In this document: piece by piece, positions 15,901 through 27,956 of the stretch
Position numbering within the stretch: the first letter of the stretch is position 1
How the letters are laid out: every line of letters begins with the position of its first letter
NCBI GenBank assembly: GCA_951406725.2
Contig: OX597823.1
Location: 1,798,001 to 1,862,000 of the forward strand
DNA: 64,000 nt
Source: Octopus vulgaris
Taxonomy: Eukaryota
Direction: 5' to 3'
Translations under genes and position numbers: made by a program
Notes under the pieces: model-generated
The model's database searches: none
What the model was told of the DNA's origin: nothing
What the model saw: the letters and a program-made list of their open reading frames with translations, nothing else

Positions 15901-16875
15901 ATTTCACAGCAAAAGCGATTCCATGAATTTGTCTCTCTCCTTCTTTCCCTTTCCAGAAGAAGGTATAACTTGAACCTACCTCTTCAGTCTTTCCTTCCCC
16001 AGATAGAGGTGTTTCATTGAGGACAGCGATGTCGATGTTAAATCTCGTCAGTTCTTTGAAGACAAGAGCTCTTCTGCGTTCTGGTCTTTCTGTCTCTCGA
16101 GGATCGAGGAACGTTCGTATGTTCCATGTTCCAATGGTTAATTAAATTAATTTATTTAATTTCATTTTTGTTGCTGTTCGACCGCTTGAATGGGAGTCCT
16201 GCCGGATGCGGCTTACCAGCCAGGATTCTGGGGTAACATCTGGTATTTAGCTCCTCTTTTCTTGGGTCTTCCCCATTCAGGGTGAGCAGCGGTGTTCCCA
16301 AATAAGCCTGCCCAGCCTGTAGAACCGAATCTCTGGGTTGTCACCATATCCCAGGAAGTGCAGGTCTGGACAAGGAGCTTTTAGTTTCACCAAAACCTGC
16401 TCCCCCCCCCCCATCCTTACCCCCATCTCCGTTGGGATTTTGTAAAAAAAAAAGTGGAGAGGGGAAGAGTTGGATCAAAAAGAAGTTAGTCTATGGCATG
16501 AGTTTGTTTAGGGTGCAGATCTCCTGGAATGATATGCGAGGTCTGGAAGATGGGTTGCCACAGAATGCCGCTAGCTCCAATGTTATTAGAGTTGCGCCTT
16601 TCCAGTCAGTCCGTCTGGCATCGACCTCTTCCGCTAGGATCAATCGTTGAGGTTTTAATTTGGTGTTGTGAGGGAGGACAGAGCACCCGTGCCCTTGTCT
16701 GAACAAATTTTTGTTTTTAGTTCTGATAGATGCCCTCACACCCTCCTCCAAGATCCAGCAGGCCGAACCAAAAGGAGAGCAGGTTTAGTCGCCGATGACC
16801 CGACCATGACTGAGAGAAGTGGGAGTACATGGTCACCTGTTGTCTCCAGGAAGGGACCTCAGCACCACGCCCTCG
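12990..16875 (-). mobile_element. near full-length degenerate RTE-clade LINE (APE + RT)
   Basis: APE motifs IGTWNIRT, DIAVLNET, GDFNA, TWKHPSSKHWH, DCWTDHHLV; RT motifs SPGPDNIP, SQCGFRPSRGT, LIYGCEIW, RLRWTGHV; many frameshifts and stops; 5'UTR about 16170-16875. Confidence 0.92.
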
Positions 16876-17057
16876 TCTATATTATTCATAGAAATATAGA
16901 AATTCATTCTTTCTGTTTATTTAATTCACACAGATAGCGGTCATAGCCAAAATGAAAAGCTAACAAGTTGTTGAGCACTCACTTTGAATAAATGTTTTGA
17001 TTGGATAAACTAAGATTGCCTTGTGAAATTCATTTGTGTCTAGTTAACAGAACCTGC

Positions 17058-17487
<430 letters not shown>

Positions 17488-17707
17488 GACAGAACTTTCA
17501 TATGTGCGCAAGAGAGAGAGTGGAGAGATACAGAAACAGAAAGAGACAGAAAAACAGAAGCGAGGTGTCAAAATCTGTTAATGTCAAACCTACAAAACCC
17601 CTACTTTTTATCGACAAGGGTGTCTTATATCTTGGCTCCTTCAAACGTTAACACGTCTTGGCTCCGTGTCATGCTACAAATTCAAATTAGTGCTTGCCAC
17701 ATGTTTT

Positions 17708-17735
17708 TACTATTACTATTATTATTATTATTATG

Positions 17736-17779
<44 letters not shown>

Positions 17780-17800
17780 TATTATTATTATTATTATTAC

Positions 17801-17839
<39 letters not shown>

Positions 17840-17860
17840 TATTATTACTATTATTATTAC

Positions 17861-17956
<96 letters not shown>

Positions 17957-18025
17957 TATTATTATTATTATTACTATTATTATTATTATTATTATTACTA
18001 TTATTATTATTATTATTATTATTAC

Positions 18026-18064
<39 letters not shown>

Positions 18065-18085
18065 TATTATTATTATTATTATTAC

Positions 18086-18124
<39 letters not shown>

Positions 18125-18142
18125 TATTATTATTATTATTAC

Positions 18143-18229
<87 letters not shown>
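17708..18229. repeat. long (ATT)n microsatellite with ACT interruptions
   Basis: Direct reading. Confidence 0.97.
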
Positions 18230-18352
18230 CACGTATTGATTACAGTTACTACTCTTAGATAATTATATTGCCCAAAATGAGAATGTTTCCCTATACTTTT
18301 GTAGTTATACAATCACAACCACACACACACACACATTCTGTTCTCTCGCTCG

Positions 18353-18400
<48 letters not shown>

Positions 18401-18448
18401 CTCGATTCCTCACATGCACACAGACATGTATATGTGTGTACGTGTGTG

Positions 18449-18503
<55 letters not shown>

Positions 18504-18696
18504 ATGTATATATATATATATATATATATCATGAAGTATATTTGCCACCTAAATGTGGCTAACCCTTAAGGGTTGATGCTACTGTTGCTTGTAGCCCCAG
18601 GAAGACATCTCCTCCAGCTGGCTATTGACACACTACCTGTACCCTATCAGTATTTGCAAAGCGAAGTCATCGTTCCCATCTCCAGCCTGACCTGAT

Positions 18697-18742
18697 ACAT
18701 TCGGACACGAGTTTCTGGGTATTGACCCATCATTAGCGTGTG
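18697..18742 (-). ncRNA. type I hammerhead ribozyme, G5A variant (probably inactive)
   Basis: Minus strand CACACG CUAAUGA UGGG-UCAAUA-CCCA GAAA C-UCGU-G UC CGAAUG. Confidence 0.65.
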
Positions 18743-18795
18743 ACTTTTCGTCCCTGGAAAAAGTATACATATTTGCATTGAGAACCGGTGGTTGT

Positions 18796-18840
18796 CACAC
18801 GCTGATGACGGATCAATAGTCAGAAACTCGGGTCTGTGTG
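18796..18840 (+). ncRNA. type I hammerhead ribozyme, degenerate stem II
   Basis: CACACG CUGAUGA CGGA-UCAAUA-GUCA GAAA C-UCGG-G UC UGUGUG; inverted copy of the motif at 18697-18742. Confidence 0.65.
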
Positions 18841-18894
18841 TATCACGTCAGGCTGAAGATGGGAACGACGACTTCCCTTTGCAAATACTTTGCA

Positions 18895-19307
18895 AATACC
18901 CTGACAACGCTTCAAAATTCGTTGGACAGACGATTTTGGAATACCTAGCTCATGATTCGCTTGCCGCAAAGATCGTCTTCAGTACTTCTTCTTGCTTTGT
19001 TAGGGTTGTTGATGTTCGTGCTTTTCTGGAACGCTTCTTGTAGACATTCTGAACCGTTCCATCGGCTTCAAACTTATCTCTAATTCGGGTGATGGTAAGT
19101 TGCGTTGGTGGATCTGTTTGAAACTCCCTCCTAAACTCTCTTTGCACTTCAATTGCGCTTTCACACTTCCAGTAGCATTTTAGAATGCATTTCCTTTGTT
19201 CAAAGCTGAGTCTGACCGCCATCATTAATTCCAATGGGTTTCATCTGGAAGGAAAAATCACTGAGTTATCAGCTGCTAAAGTGTGCATACATTTTGGGGG
19301 CACCCAG
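18895..19307 (-). mobile_element. Tc1/mariner-superfamily transposon 5' fragment
   Basis: ORF 18950-19234 (SFEQRKCILKCYWK..EVQREFRREF..PP...TITRIRDKFEADGTV) is a transposase N-terminal HTH; terminus CTGGGTGCCCCCAAAATGTATG next to TA. Confidence 0.8.
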
Positions 19308-19351
19308 TATATATGTATATATATATATACGTATGTAAGTATATGTACATA

Positions 19352-19408
<57 letters not shown>

Positions 19409-19650
19409 TATACGTAAAATATATAGGGTAGCGAGTTTTTTTAGAAAGTTCACTACCAATGGTCTAGCATGTATAAAAAGTCAATAGACACTTATTCTCC
19501 ATATAAAATTAGTGTACATTTAAACACAAGAGAGGCGGCCTTTAACAAGCAGCCTTACACGCTAGAAGAAACAGTCAAAACGACCAAAACCACATTTAAG
19601 AGCAATTTCGAAGGGAATGAAAAATAAAAAATTTTACCTTGTTTTTTTCA

Positions 19651-19726
19651 CATCCATACCTAGGTTTCAAACTCTAATTAGCAAATAAGATAATTTGCTA
19701 GGCAGAGTTCTCATCAGTGGCTATGC
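19651..19726 (-). ncRNA. type I hammerhead ribozyme
   Basis: Minus strand CCA CUGAUGA GAACUCU...AGAGUUU GAAA C-CUAG-G UA UGG; intact core; internal hairpin UAGCAAAU/AUUUGCUA in stem II. Confidence 0.8.
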
Positions 19727-19920
19727 CAAAACACTAACATATAATTTAGAGACGTTTTGACTGTTTTTGGTCGTTTTGCTTGCTTCTTCTAGCGTGTAAG
19801 GCTGCCAGTTAAAGGCCGCCTCTCTTGTGTTTAAATATACACTAATTTTATATGTGTATATATATATATATAACAATGATAAATCTCAGAGCGAGTTATA
19901 AACAGTAGCAGCAACACATC

Positions 19921-20271
19921 GTGACGTATATTTGCCATTGGAATATGGCTAACCCCTAAGGGTGGATGCTACTGTAGTTTGTAGCCCCAGGAGGACACCT
20001 CCTCCAGCTGGCTATAGACACACTTTCTGCGCCATATCAGTATTTGCGAAGGGAAGTCATCCTTCCCGTCTTCAACTTATGATACACACGGACTCAAATT
20101 TCAGGGTATTGTGATCATAAGTTGAAGACGGGAAGGATGGCTTCCCTTCGCAAATACTGATAGAGCGCAGAAAGTGTGTCTATAGCCAGCTGGAGGAGGT
20201 GTCCTCCTGGGGCTACAAACTACAGTAGCATCCACCCTTAGGGTTAGCCATATTCAAATGGCAAATATACG

Positions 20272-20275
<4 letters not shown>
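19921..20275. repeat. about 163-bp inverted repeat with 30-nt spacer (Penelope pLTR-like family also at 18531-18890)
   Basis: 19921-20083 is the reverse complement of 20114-20275 with few mismatches; spacer holds the 3' half of the family hammerhead. Confidence 0.92.
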
Positions 20276-20336
<61 letters not shown>

Positions 20337-20570
20337 GTGTCATTGAGACCCAAAGGTGTCAGGTAATGCTGAATAAGTGCTATAGACAGACCATAGTTAA
20401 GGTCCAGATTCGGTAATTTTGCGAATATTGCATATATAGCATTATGTCTAAAAAATGGATTTACAACTTCAATATTCATACTTATCTTGCATCTATTTTC
20501 TTTCCTCCACCTCACTCTCTATTTTGTATCACATCTAAACTAACTATGACTTAACTATACTCTCACACCA

Positions 20571-20620
20571 TCTCCGATGAAGGGATATAACTAATAAATA
20601 TCCTAGAAACAGCTGTAAGA
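20571..20620 (+). ncRNA. type I hammerhead ribozyme, U4C variant
   Basis: UCU CCGAUGA AGGGAUAU-AACUAAUAA-AUAUCCUA GAAA C-AGCU-G UA AGA. Confidence 0.7.
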
Positions 20621-20687
20621 CCTTCTATCTATAAATGCTCTAATATCTACACAGCCTTGGTTTTTTATCTTATTACGTAAAAATTCT

Positions 20688-20740
<53 letters not shown>

Positions 20741-21067
20741 GTGTGTGTGTGTGTATGTGTATGTATATGTATATATACGTATATATATACATATATATAT
20801 ACATGTCAATAATACAGTGATTGTTTCTTATCAGGAACAAAATGTTTAATAGGACTGCTATAGAAGTGCTCAATTGAATGAGACAAATATATCAAACTAT
20901 AGTTGCAGAACAAACAAATACAGGGTCATCCACCTAACATTTCATATCTCGAACATTTAATCATAGAATATACATTTATGACATCACGGAAGATGAAACA
21001 TAACTCATCATATAAGAAAGTGCGAGAAAAATGTGTGAATACAGTGCATGGTGTATATATATTGTAC

Positions 21068-21098
<31 letters not shown>

Positions 21099-21165
21099 TA
21101 TATGTATGTATGTATTGTGTGTATATGTATATATATTTTTTTTTTTTTTATATATATTATATATA

Positions 21166-21196
<31 letters not shown>

Positions 21197-21216
21197 CATA
21201 TATATATGTATGTATG

Positions 21217-21291
<75 letters not shown>

Positions 21292-21311
21292 GTGCATATA
21301 TAGTATGTATG

Positions 21312-21372
<61 letters not shown>

Positions 21373-21384
21373 TATATATATAAT

Positions 21385-21612
21385 GGAGGCGCAATGGCCC
21401 AGTGGTTAGGGCAGCGGACTCGAGGTCGTAGGATCGCGGCTTCGATTCCCAGACCGGGCGTTGTGAGTGTTTATTGAGCGAAAACACTTAAAAGCTCCAC
21501 GACGCTCCGGCAGGGGGTGGTGATCCCTGCTGTACTCTTTCACCACTCTTTCTCCCACTCTTTCTTCTGTTGGTCTGCTTGCTTAGCTAGCGGGGGGGAG
21601 TCATTCGAAGGC
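21385..21612 (+). mobile_element. tRNA-derived SINE (family C head)
   Basis: A-box TGGCCCAGTGG, B-box-like GCTTCGATTCC; near-identical head at 48566. Confidence 0.85.
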
Positions 21613-21630
21613 TCGGTAAAGTGAGAAAGT

Positions 21631-21666
21631 CTTTTACGTTTCGAGCCTATGCTCTTCAACAGAAAG
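21631..21666 (-). ncRNA. minimal Penelope-type hammerhead, degenerate
   Basis: Minus strand CUUU CUGUUGA AGAGC-AUAG-GCUC GAAA CG UA AAAG; core A6 is mutated. Confidence 0.55.
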
Positions 21667-21882
21667 GAATATGAGGAAATAAACAATTTGTAGAGATGTA
21701 TGGATGTATGTTTCTCCTATTTTTCAATTATTATAAATTTTCCTCTGAGATATATATATAAATTTTCCAACAAAGATACAAGGCTCCATCTTTGGGATGC
21801 AGTTAACATAGACAAATTCACAAATGGAACTTGACAAAAGTCTTCCATTTTTTTACTATTCCACTCACAGGTTGCACTCATA

Positions 21883-21971
21883 ATGTATGTATGTATGTAT
21901 GTATGTATGTATGTATGTATGTATGTATGTATGTATGTATGTATGTATGTATGTATGTATGCATGCATGCA

Positions 21972-22044
<73 letters not shown>

Positions 22045-22228
22045 ATGTATGTATGTATGTATGTATGTATGTATGTATGTATGTCTGTACGTATGTATGT
22101 ATGTATGTATGTATGTATGTATGTATGTATGTATGCATGCATGAATGTATGTATGTATGTATGTATATATGTCTGTACGTATGTATGTATGTATGTATGT
22201 ATGTATGTATGTATGTATGTATGTATGT
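21883..22228. repeat. (TATG)n/(CGTG)n microsatellite
   Basis: Direct reading. Confidence 0.95.
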
Positions 22229-23846
22229 ACGAACTCTACACACACACAGTTATATCATTATACCTTGTATTATATTTGAAGACTTGCTTGCAACTGCGCG
22301 CGATAGTGTGTGTGTGTGTCTGCGTGTGTGATGTGTGATGTGTGTGTTTAAATATATTATATAATACCTATGTACACGTATAGTAGTGTTGAGAATTGTA
22401 GACTGCTGTGTTAACGATGTTGGTGTGATGATCGTGATAGTGGTTGCAGCTATGGCGGCGGCAGCGGCGGTGGTGTAGGTGGTGGTGGTGGTGTAGGTGG
22501 TGGTGGTGGTGGTGGTGGTGAGCTTTTTTTTTATTGGAATGTGCAGCAGACATGGTGGTTCGAGTTTGGAGATTAATGTAAAGTGTCAACACAGCACAGA
22601 TGTGACTTGATTGTGTGACGCACAGACAGAATTGAGACGAGGGATGGGGGAGGTTATGGAAATAGGGTGATGATGGCTCAGAGGTAGGAGCTACGGGAGA
22701 GGGGGAGAAGGAGGAATAGTTTTTAAGGAGGAAATGAAGAAAGGTTGAGTGAGAGAGGGAGAGTGGGAGAGTGAGACAGAGAAGATGGGAGAGGGCGAGG
22801 GGGTCTTTGATGGGGGGGGGGTCTTATGGAGAAGGTAGGGCGTGAGTAGGTGAAAGGAAAGGGGAAAATGAGGGAATTGTAGAAAAATGGAGAGAAAAGA
22901 GCGAATGTGGAGGGAGAGAGAATGTCAAAGAAAAGGAGAATAAAAAGAGAGAGAGAAAGAGAGAGAGAGGGAGGTGAACAGGCAGACAGACAGACAGAAC
23001 TTTAACAAATAAAAAGGGCGTGAGAATTACAGAAGTAAAAGTAGGAAAAAACTGTAGAACGAGAAGAAGACATAAAGAGATTGGAAAGTAAACAGACAGA
23101 CAGGCAGACAGACAGGGGGACTGACAGGAGGACTGACAGGAGGACTGACAGGTGGGTAGGTTAGTGGATAAATTAATAAGAGAGTGGGTGACAATGTAGG
23201 AAGATAGGGAGAGAGATATGGCGATTGGTGGGTACTCGTATAAAGGTAAGCTCGTAGGAAGGATAGGCAGGTGTGTGCATAATAGATATAGAAATTCTTA
23301 AATGTCTCAGACAAAATCTTTTCAAGTTTGGTTTCGAGAATTTTTCTCAACAAACATTTCAAGATCATTGTCGACCTTGAGATCCTTGGGGGTCAACCTT
23401 AAGCCTCTGTCCCAAGGTCTTTGCTGACTGGACAGTCTGTCTTCAATATAGGGGTGAGACATTAGCAATACATAAGCAGCACATTGGGAGACGAATTAGG
23501 GTCAAATCGAGACAGCTTCTACAAAGTCAACATCAGAAGCTTTCAATCCATTCTTTAGAGGCCTCAGCTGAGATAGATTTAAAATGTAGTGCGCATGTCT
23601 GACACGTGACTCGCACAAAGGACCCACGACAGAGGATGGACTCCCTGTTTTAGGATCAAAGGAAGGGTTCAAAAACCAGCTAAAGGTCACTTTGAAGAGG
23701 AATAATATGAGGTCAGGCATGAGAGGATGCGCCGTTGCAGGGCATCGCTGCATCCACCATTTATCAACCACGCCTCGCCCTTTTAATGCGAAATGCTGCC
23801 AGGCTCTGGATTATTGCTGAGTTGTTAAAGCTCGCAATGTACAGAG

Positions 23847-24075
23847 CAATGGTTATCAAGTGGAGTCCATATGGCCCTTGAGGGTTCGTGTAAGATTTTG
23901 TTGTTAAAGTTTATGGGCAATAAATTGGACTTACACAAGGCAAAAGTTATTTTAACAATTTTTCAAATAATTCCAAATATTTAATTATAAAAATATAATA
24001 GAATTTTTTAAGGTCCAGTAGCAAAAAAGGGAAACCCAGGGGATCCATAGGTAAATAAATGGTTGCGAACTGCTG
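23847..24075. mobile_element. degenerate hAT (Charlie-like) MITE
   Basis: Ends CAATGGTTATCAA / GGTTGCGAACTGCTG; similar 8-bp flanks GTACAGAG / GTATAAAG; internal sequence shared with 32935-33005. Confidence 0.55.
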
Positions 24076-24714
24076 GTATAAAGATATGTAGAGAAAAGGG
24101 TCAACTGTGTTGATTTCGGGTGCGAATGAAGACAGTTTGAGAACTCTCATTTAGAGACTCTTTAGACCGGCGCTTGTAGACAGCTTTCAAAATTCCTTGC
24201 AATGGCAATGCTGCAAGTCTCATTAGATTTATTGGAGAAATTCTATGAACCCGGAAGTTCCAGCAACTTGACTTGGCAGTGATTCACACACAGACACGAA
24301 GCTATCTGCTCTCACTTGTCCAGTGTTTGTGCGTTGCTAACGGTAGCAATTTTCCACCCGGGTTAACGCCTCACCACTTTTGTCAAAAACCACTCGAAGA
24401 GGGGGATTATTGATTGTTTAACCTCTTCTTATTAGAGTCCTTTTTGTTGTTATTGTTGTTGTTGTTTGTATATTTTATTTATTCATAGTTTGTTTTTTTG
24501 TTGATCTCGCTTTATATTTTACTCGATGTAAACAAGCGTTCGTGTGTTTCGTTCTTGCTCAATCCCAAACGCATTGGGTCCCTGGGGTCTCTATCGTAGC
24601 AAAACTGTTTCAGCGCCTGAAATACCTTGTGGTATTTACTCTGGGCTTTTACATTCTAAGTTCAAATCTGCTGGAGTCAACTTTACCTTTTAACTTTCCT
24701 GGGCCGACAAAATA

Positions 24715-24911
24715 AAGGACATTTGAGAGTTCTTCGCTTTGAAACCAAAAGAGTTTTACATTGATGGGATTAAAAAGCTTGTCAATAGATGGAAGGAAGT
24801 CATAGACAATCAGGGAAAGTACATTGGTGATTAAATTTCAATTAAATATAATATTTGATCACTTGTTTTCTTTATTCAAAATTTGGACAGAACTTATGGG
24901 ATGACCTGATA
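24715..24911 (+). mobile_element. mariner transposon 3' end
   Basis: FFALKPKEFYIDGIKKLVNRWKEVIDNQGKYIGD* is a mariner C-terminus; terminus GAACTTATGGGATGACCTGA-TA. Confidence 0.8.
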
Positions 24912-25096
24912 CAATACAATTGTATATTTACAAACCAAAGCAGATAAAAAAAGCTAGCTCATCGGGTCAACAGAAGTGGTTTCGGTTTTCCATACATTGT
25001 ATATATAAAGAGGAAACTTTGTATGTATACTTAGAGTTGAAACATGGGGTAGCAAGGATGTTCGGCTGATCTAATGAGCTGGATTTCTTTATCTGC

Positions 25097-25191
<95 letters not shown>

Positions 25192-25743
25192 TCTGCATAT
25201 GTATCCACATATGTATGTGTGTGGGGGTATGCACTTGTGTGTTGACACAAGGTATACACACCCTCACACACACACAACTACAAAAAAAAATTAAAGTATT
25301 CTCTCTCTCTTTCCCTCGCCACCGCCAAACACGCCACTCAACACGCCAACCCCAATACCAGTCACCGATGCAACAAAACCATTACATTTAAATTATTAGA
25401 AAGAGTCTGATGGCAGCTGATGAGAGAAAAAAAAGAAACCGATGGAGACGAGGTGGGGTGACGCCCTAAAATTTTATTTCAACGTTCCTTTTTTTTATTC
25501 TATTTTATTGCGATTAGTTCTTGTTGTTGACGATGATGATGACGACGGGAAACGGGTGACAAGTGTCTGGCAGCCTGCCAGACAAGACGGGTGGAGGGAG
25601 AGACAGCATTTGGTCAGTAAAAGAGGGCGCTAATTACCTAAACATAACTCAATAACTTAACCAACAAACAAATATATACACATGTATGTTTATATGAATG
25701 TATATATACACACACACACACATACATACATACACACATTCAT

Positions 25744-25844
<101 letters not shown>

Positions 25845-25989
25845 TATACATATATATATGGCGAGCTGGCAGCGTCGTTAGATCGCATTGAATGTATTGT
25901 GGTATTTGTTCCGTCAATCCTGAGTTTAAGTTCAAATCCGGCCATGGCCCACTTGTATGATCTACTTTAACCTTTGGAGTTGTCTAAAT

Positions 25990-26154
25990 CGGTGGTTCCC
26001 AACCTGGGGTCTGCAAAGGTAGTACTGAGGTCCGTGAACTAAATTCAAAATTTCACATACATGCATACATACATAAGGATAAAAATATTAAAAGGGGTCC
26101 ATAGGGAAAACTCATTTCAGTAAAAGGGTAGGGAACCAGTGTTGGGAACCACTG
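25990..26154. mobile_element. hAT Charlie-type MITE
   Basis: TIRs CGGTGGTTCCCAAC / GTTGGGAACCACTG; perfect 8-bp TSD GTCTAAAT at 25982-25989 and 26155-26162. Confidence 0.9.
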
Positions 26155-26619
26155 GTCTAAATATTTCATGTGATGCTTTGGCTACTTTTGCAGCGTGCAC
26201 TCTGTTGTGAGCATTTGACCCAGAGCTCTAGTATCAGAAAGCCTTCCCCGGCCTCGGAGGCCTGGGATAAGTCGAAGGCACTGCTTTCTTTCATTGATGT
26301 TTCTAGAAGAAATCTTACTCAGATGTAATCAAGGGGTTTTTTTTTATGATGTGGGGGTTGTGTTTATTTCAGAAAACAGTAACATTGAGTTTTTACAAAC
26401 AAACTCAGAAGCACGTTGCTTACATTGGACGGATACGTGTCTTCATCTTCTTTGTTGTTACCACAAAGTCTTTTCTGTTGATTTACTCTCCAGCCTTCAT
26501 CAGGTGTCCCGGTAAAATTTTCATGGGGTGGGTTCTCATTCCTAAGGTACTTTTTTGCTAATATTATTATTATTATTATTATTATTGTTGTTGTTGTTGT
26601 TGTTGTTGCTGTTGTTGTT

Positions 26620-27835
26620 GCCTCTGCACAGCTTCTAACGCTGAAGATGTACTACAGTGTCAGCTGTTCACTACCAGTGAACTAAGGTAACACCTCTTAT
26701 TTTGCGAGCACCTTCCGGAGTATTCGAGCGGTTCCAAGTAGTGCTGTTTTCTGCAAGTGCTCCAACCTTATTACAGCCCCTACTTGTTCTACGTACTTCT
26801 CGAGATTTTTTCTCCTTCTTCCCAGGGCTCCGACAATTATTGGTACTACTGCTACCTTTTTCATCGACCACAACTGCTTAACCTCCCAAGCTAACCTGTC
26901 ATATCTCTCGACTTTTCTTTCTTCCTTCTCGCATACCTTGTTGTCAGCTGGGCATGCTATATCTATGATAGTTTGTTTTCTTTCTTAATTAAGACTATGT
27001 CCGGCCTCCTATTCTCTATCTCATGGTCGCACTGAATCATAAAATCCCATAGGATCTTTGCATTTCTATTTTTCAAAGATGCCTTTAGGTTTGTGGTCGT
27101 ACCAATTTTTTGCTCTTTCAAGTCCATACTTGTTGCAGAGTGTCCAATGGACAAGCCTGGCTATATTGTCGTAGCGTCTCTTATATTCCTTCTGGGCTAG
27201 TGGCCTACATTGACTGGTAATATACCATGTTGATTCACCGTTTTGTCCATAGATTCTACACTTATCACTTTCTGCTGTGTTGTCTATTCTGTATTTTATG
27301 TAGTTTGTTCTTAGTGCTTGCTTTGGGGCAGCACAGATTAGAGCCTCCGTTTCCGGTTTTAAATCCCTTTTAGTCGTCCACAACCATCTTTTTCTCTGTC
27401 TGTCTTATCTTCAACATCCCTATGAAATTGTCCATGCATTCTTTTCTTTATCCACCTATTTTCAGTTCCATTCGTTTTCAATTTCTTGTACAGTACTTTA
27501 TCTTTCCCAACTTTCATCCTACACAAACCTGACCTTCCTACTTCTAATAATAGCGGTTCTGTGGCATTTTTATATACCGTGCTATGTTGTCTTCTTCTGC
27601 TCTAATGCTGTGTTCGCATCCAATCAGCCCTCTTCCCCCTCTTTTTCTTGGTACATACAGTCTGTCTGTGTCACTTTTTGGGTGGATTATCCCATATCTA
27701 GTTAGCAACTTCCTTGTCTTTCTGTCTAAGCTGTTTAGTTCTTCTATCTGCTTCATAACCTCCCACGACGGTATTGTTAGCCTGTCCATACATATGATTT
27801 TACCTCTCTTCAAGACTAACACACCACACTTTCTT
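26620..27835 (-). mobile_element. R4/Dong-type RLE LINE, degenerate 3' fragment
   Basis: HPKSDTDRLYVPRKRGGRGL, ETEALICAA, RRYDNIA, ILWDF, RRPDIV; flanked by TTA/GTT tracts. Confidence 0.88.
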
Positions 27836-27863
27836 TATTATTATTATTATTATATTATTATTA

Positions 27864-27955
<92 letters not shown>

Positions 27956-27956
<1 letters not shown>

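Noticed and set aside
16780-16850. HDV-like ribozyme at the RTE 5' end
   Set aside because: P1-, P4- and CUAA-like parts are present, but no P2 pairing in the required position
20935-21012. Minus-strand ATGATGA...GAAA hammerhead-like string
   Set aside because: Core mismatch and no convincing stems
21385-21460. tRNA gene
   Set aside because: A and B boxes continue into a SINE body repeated at 48566; no proper cloverleaf
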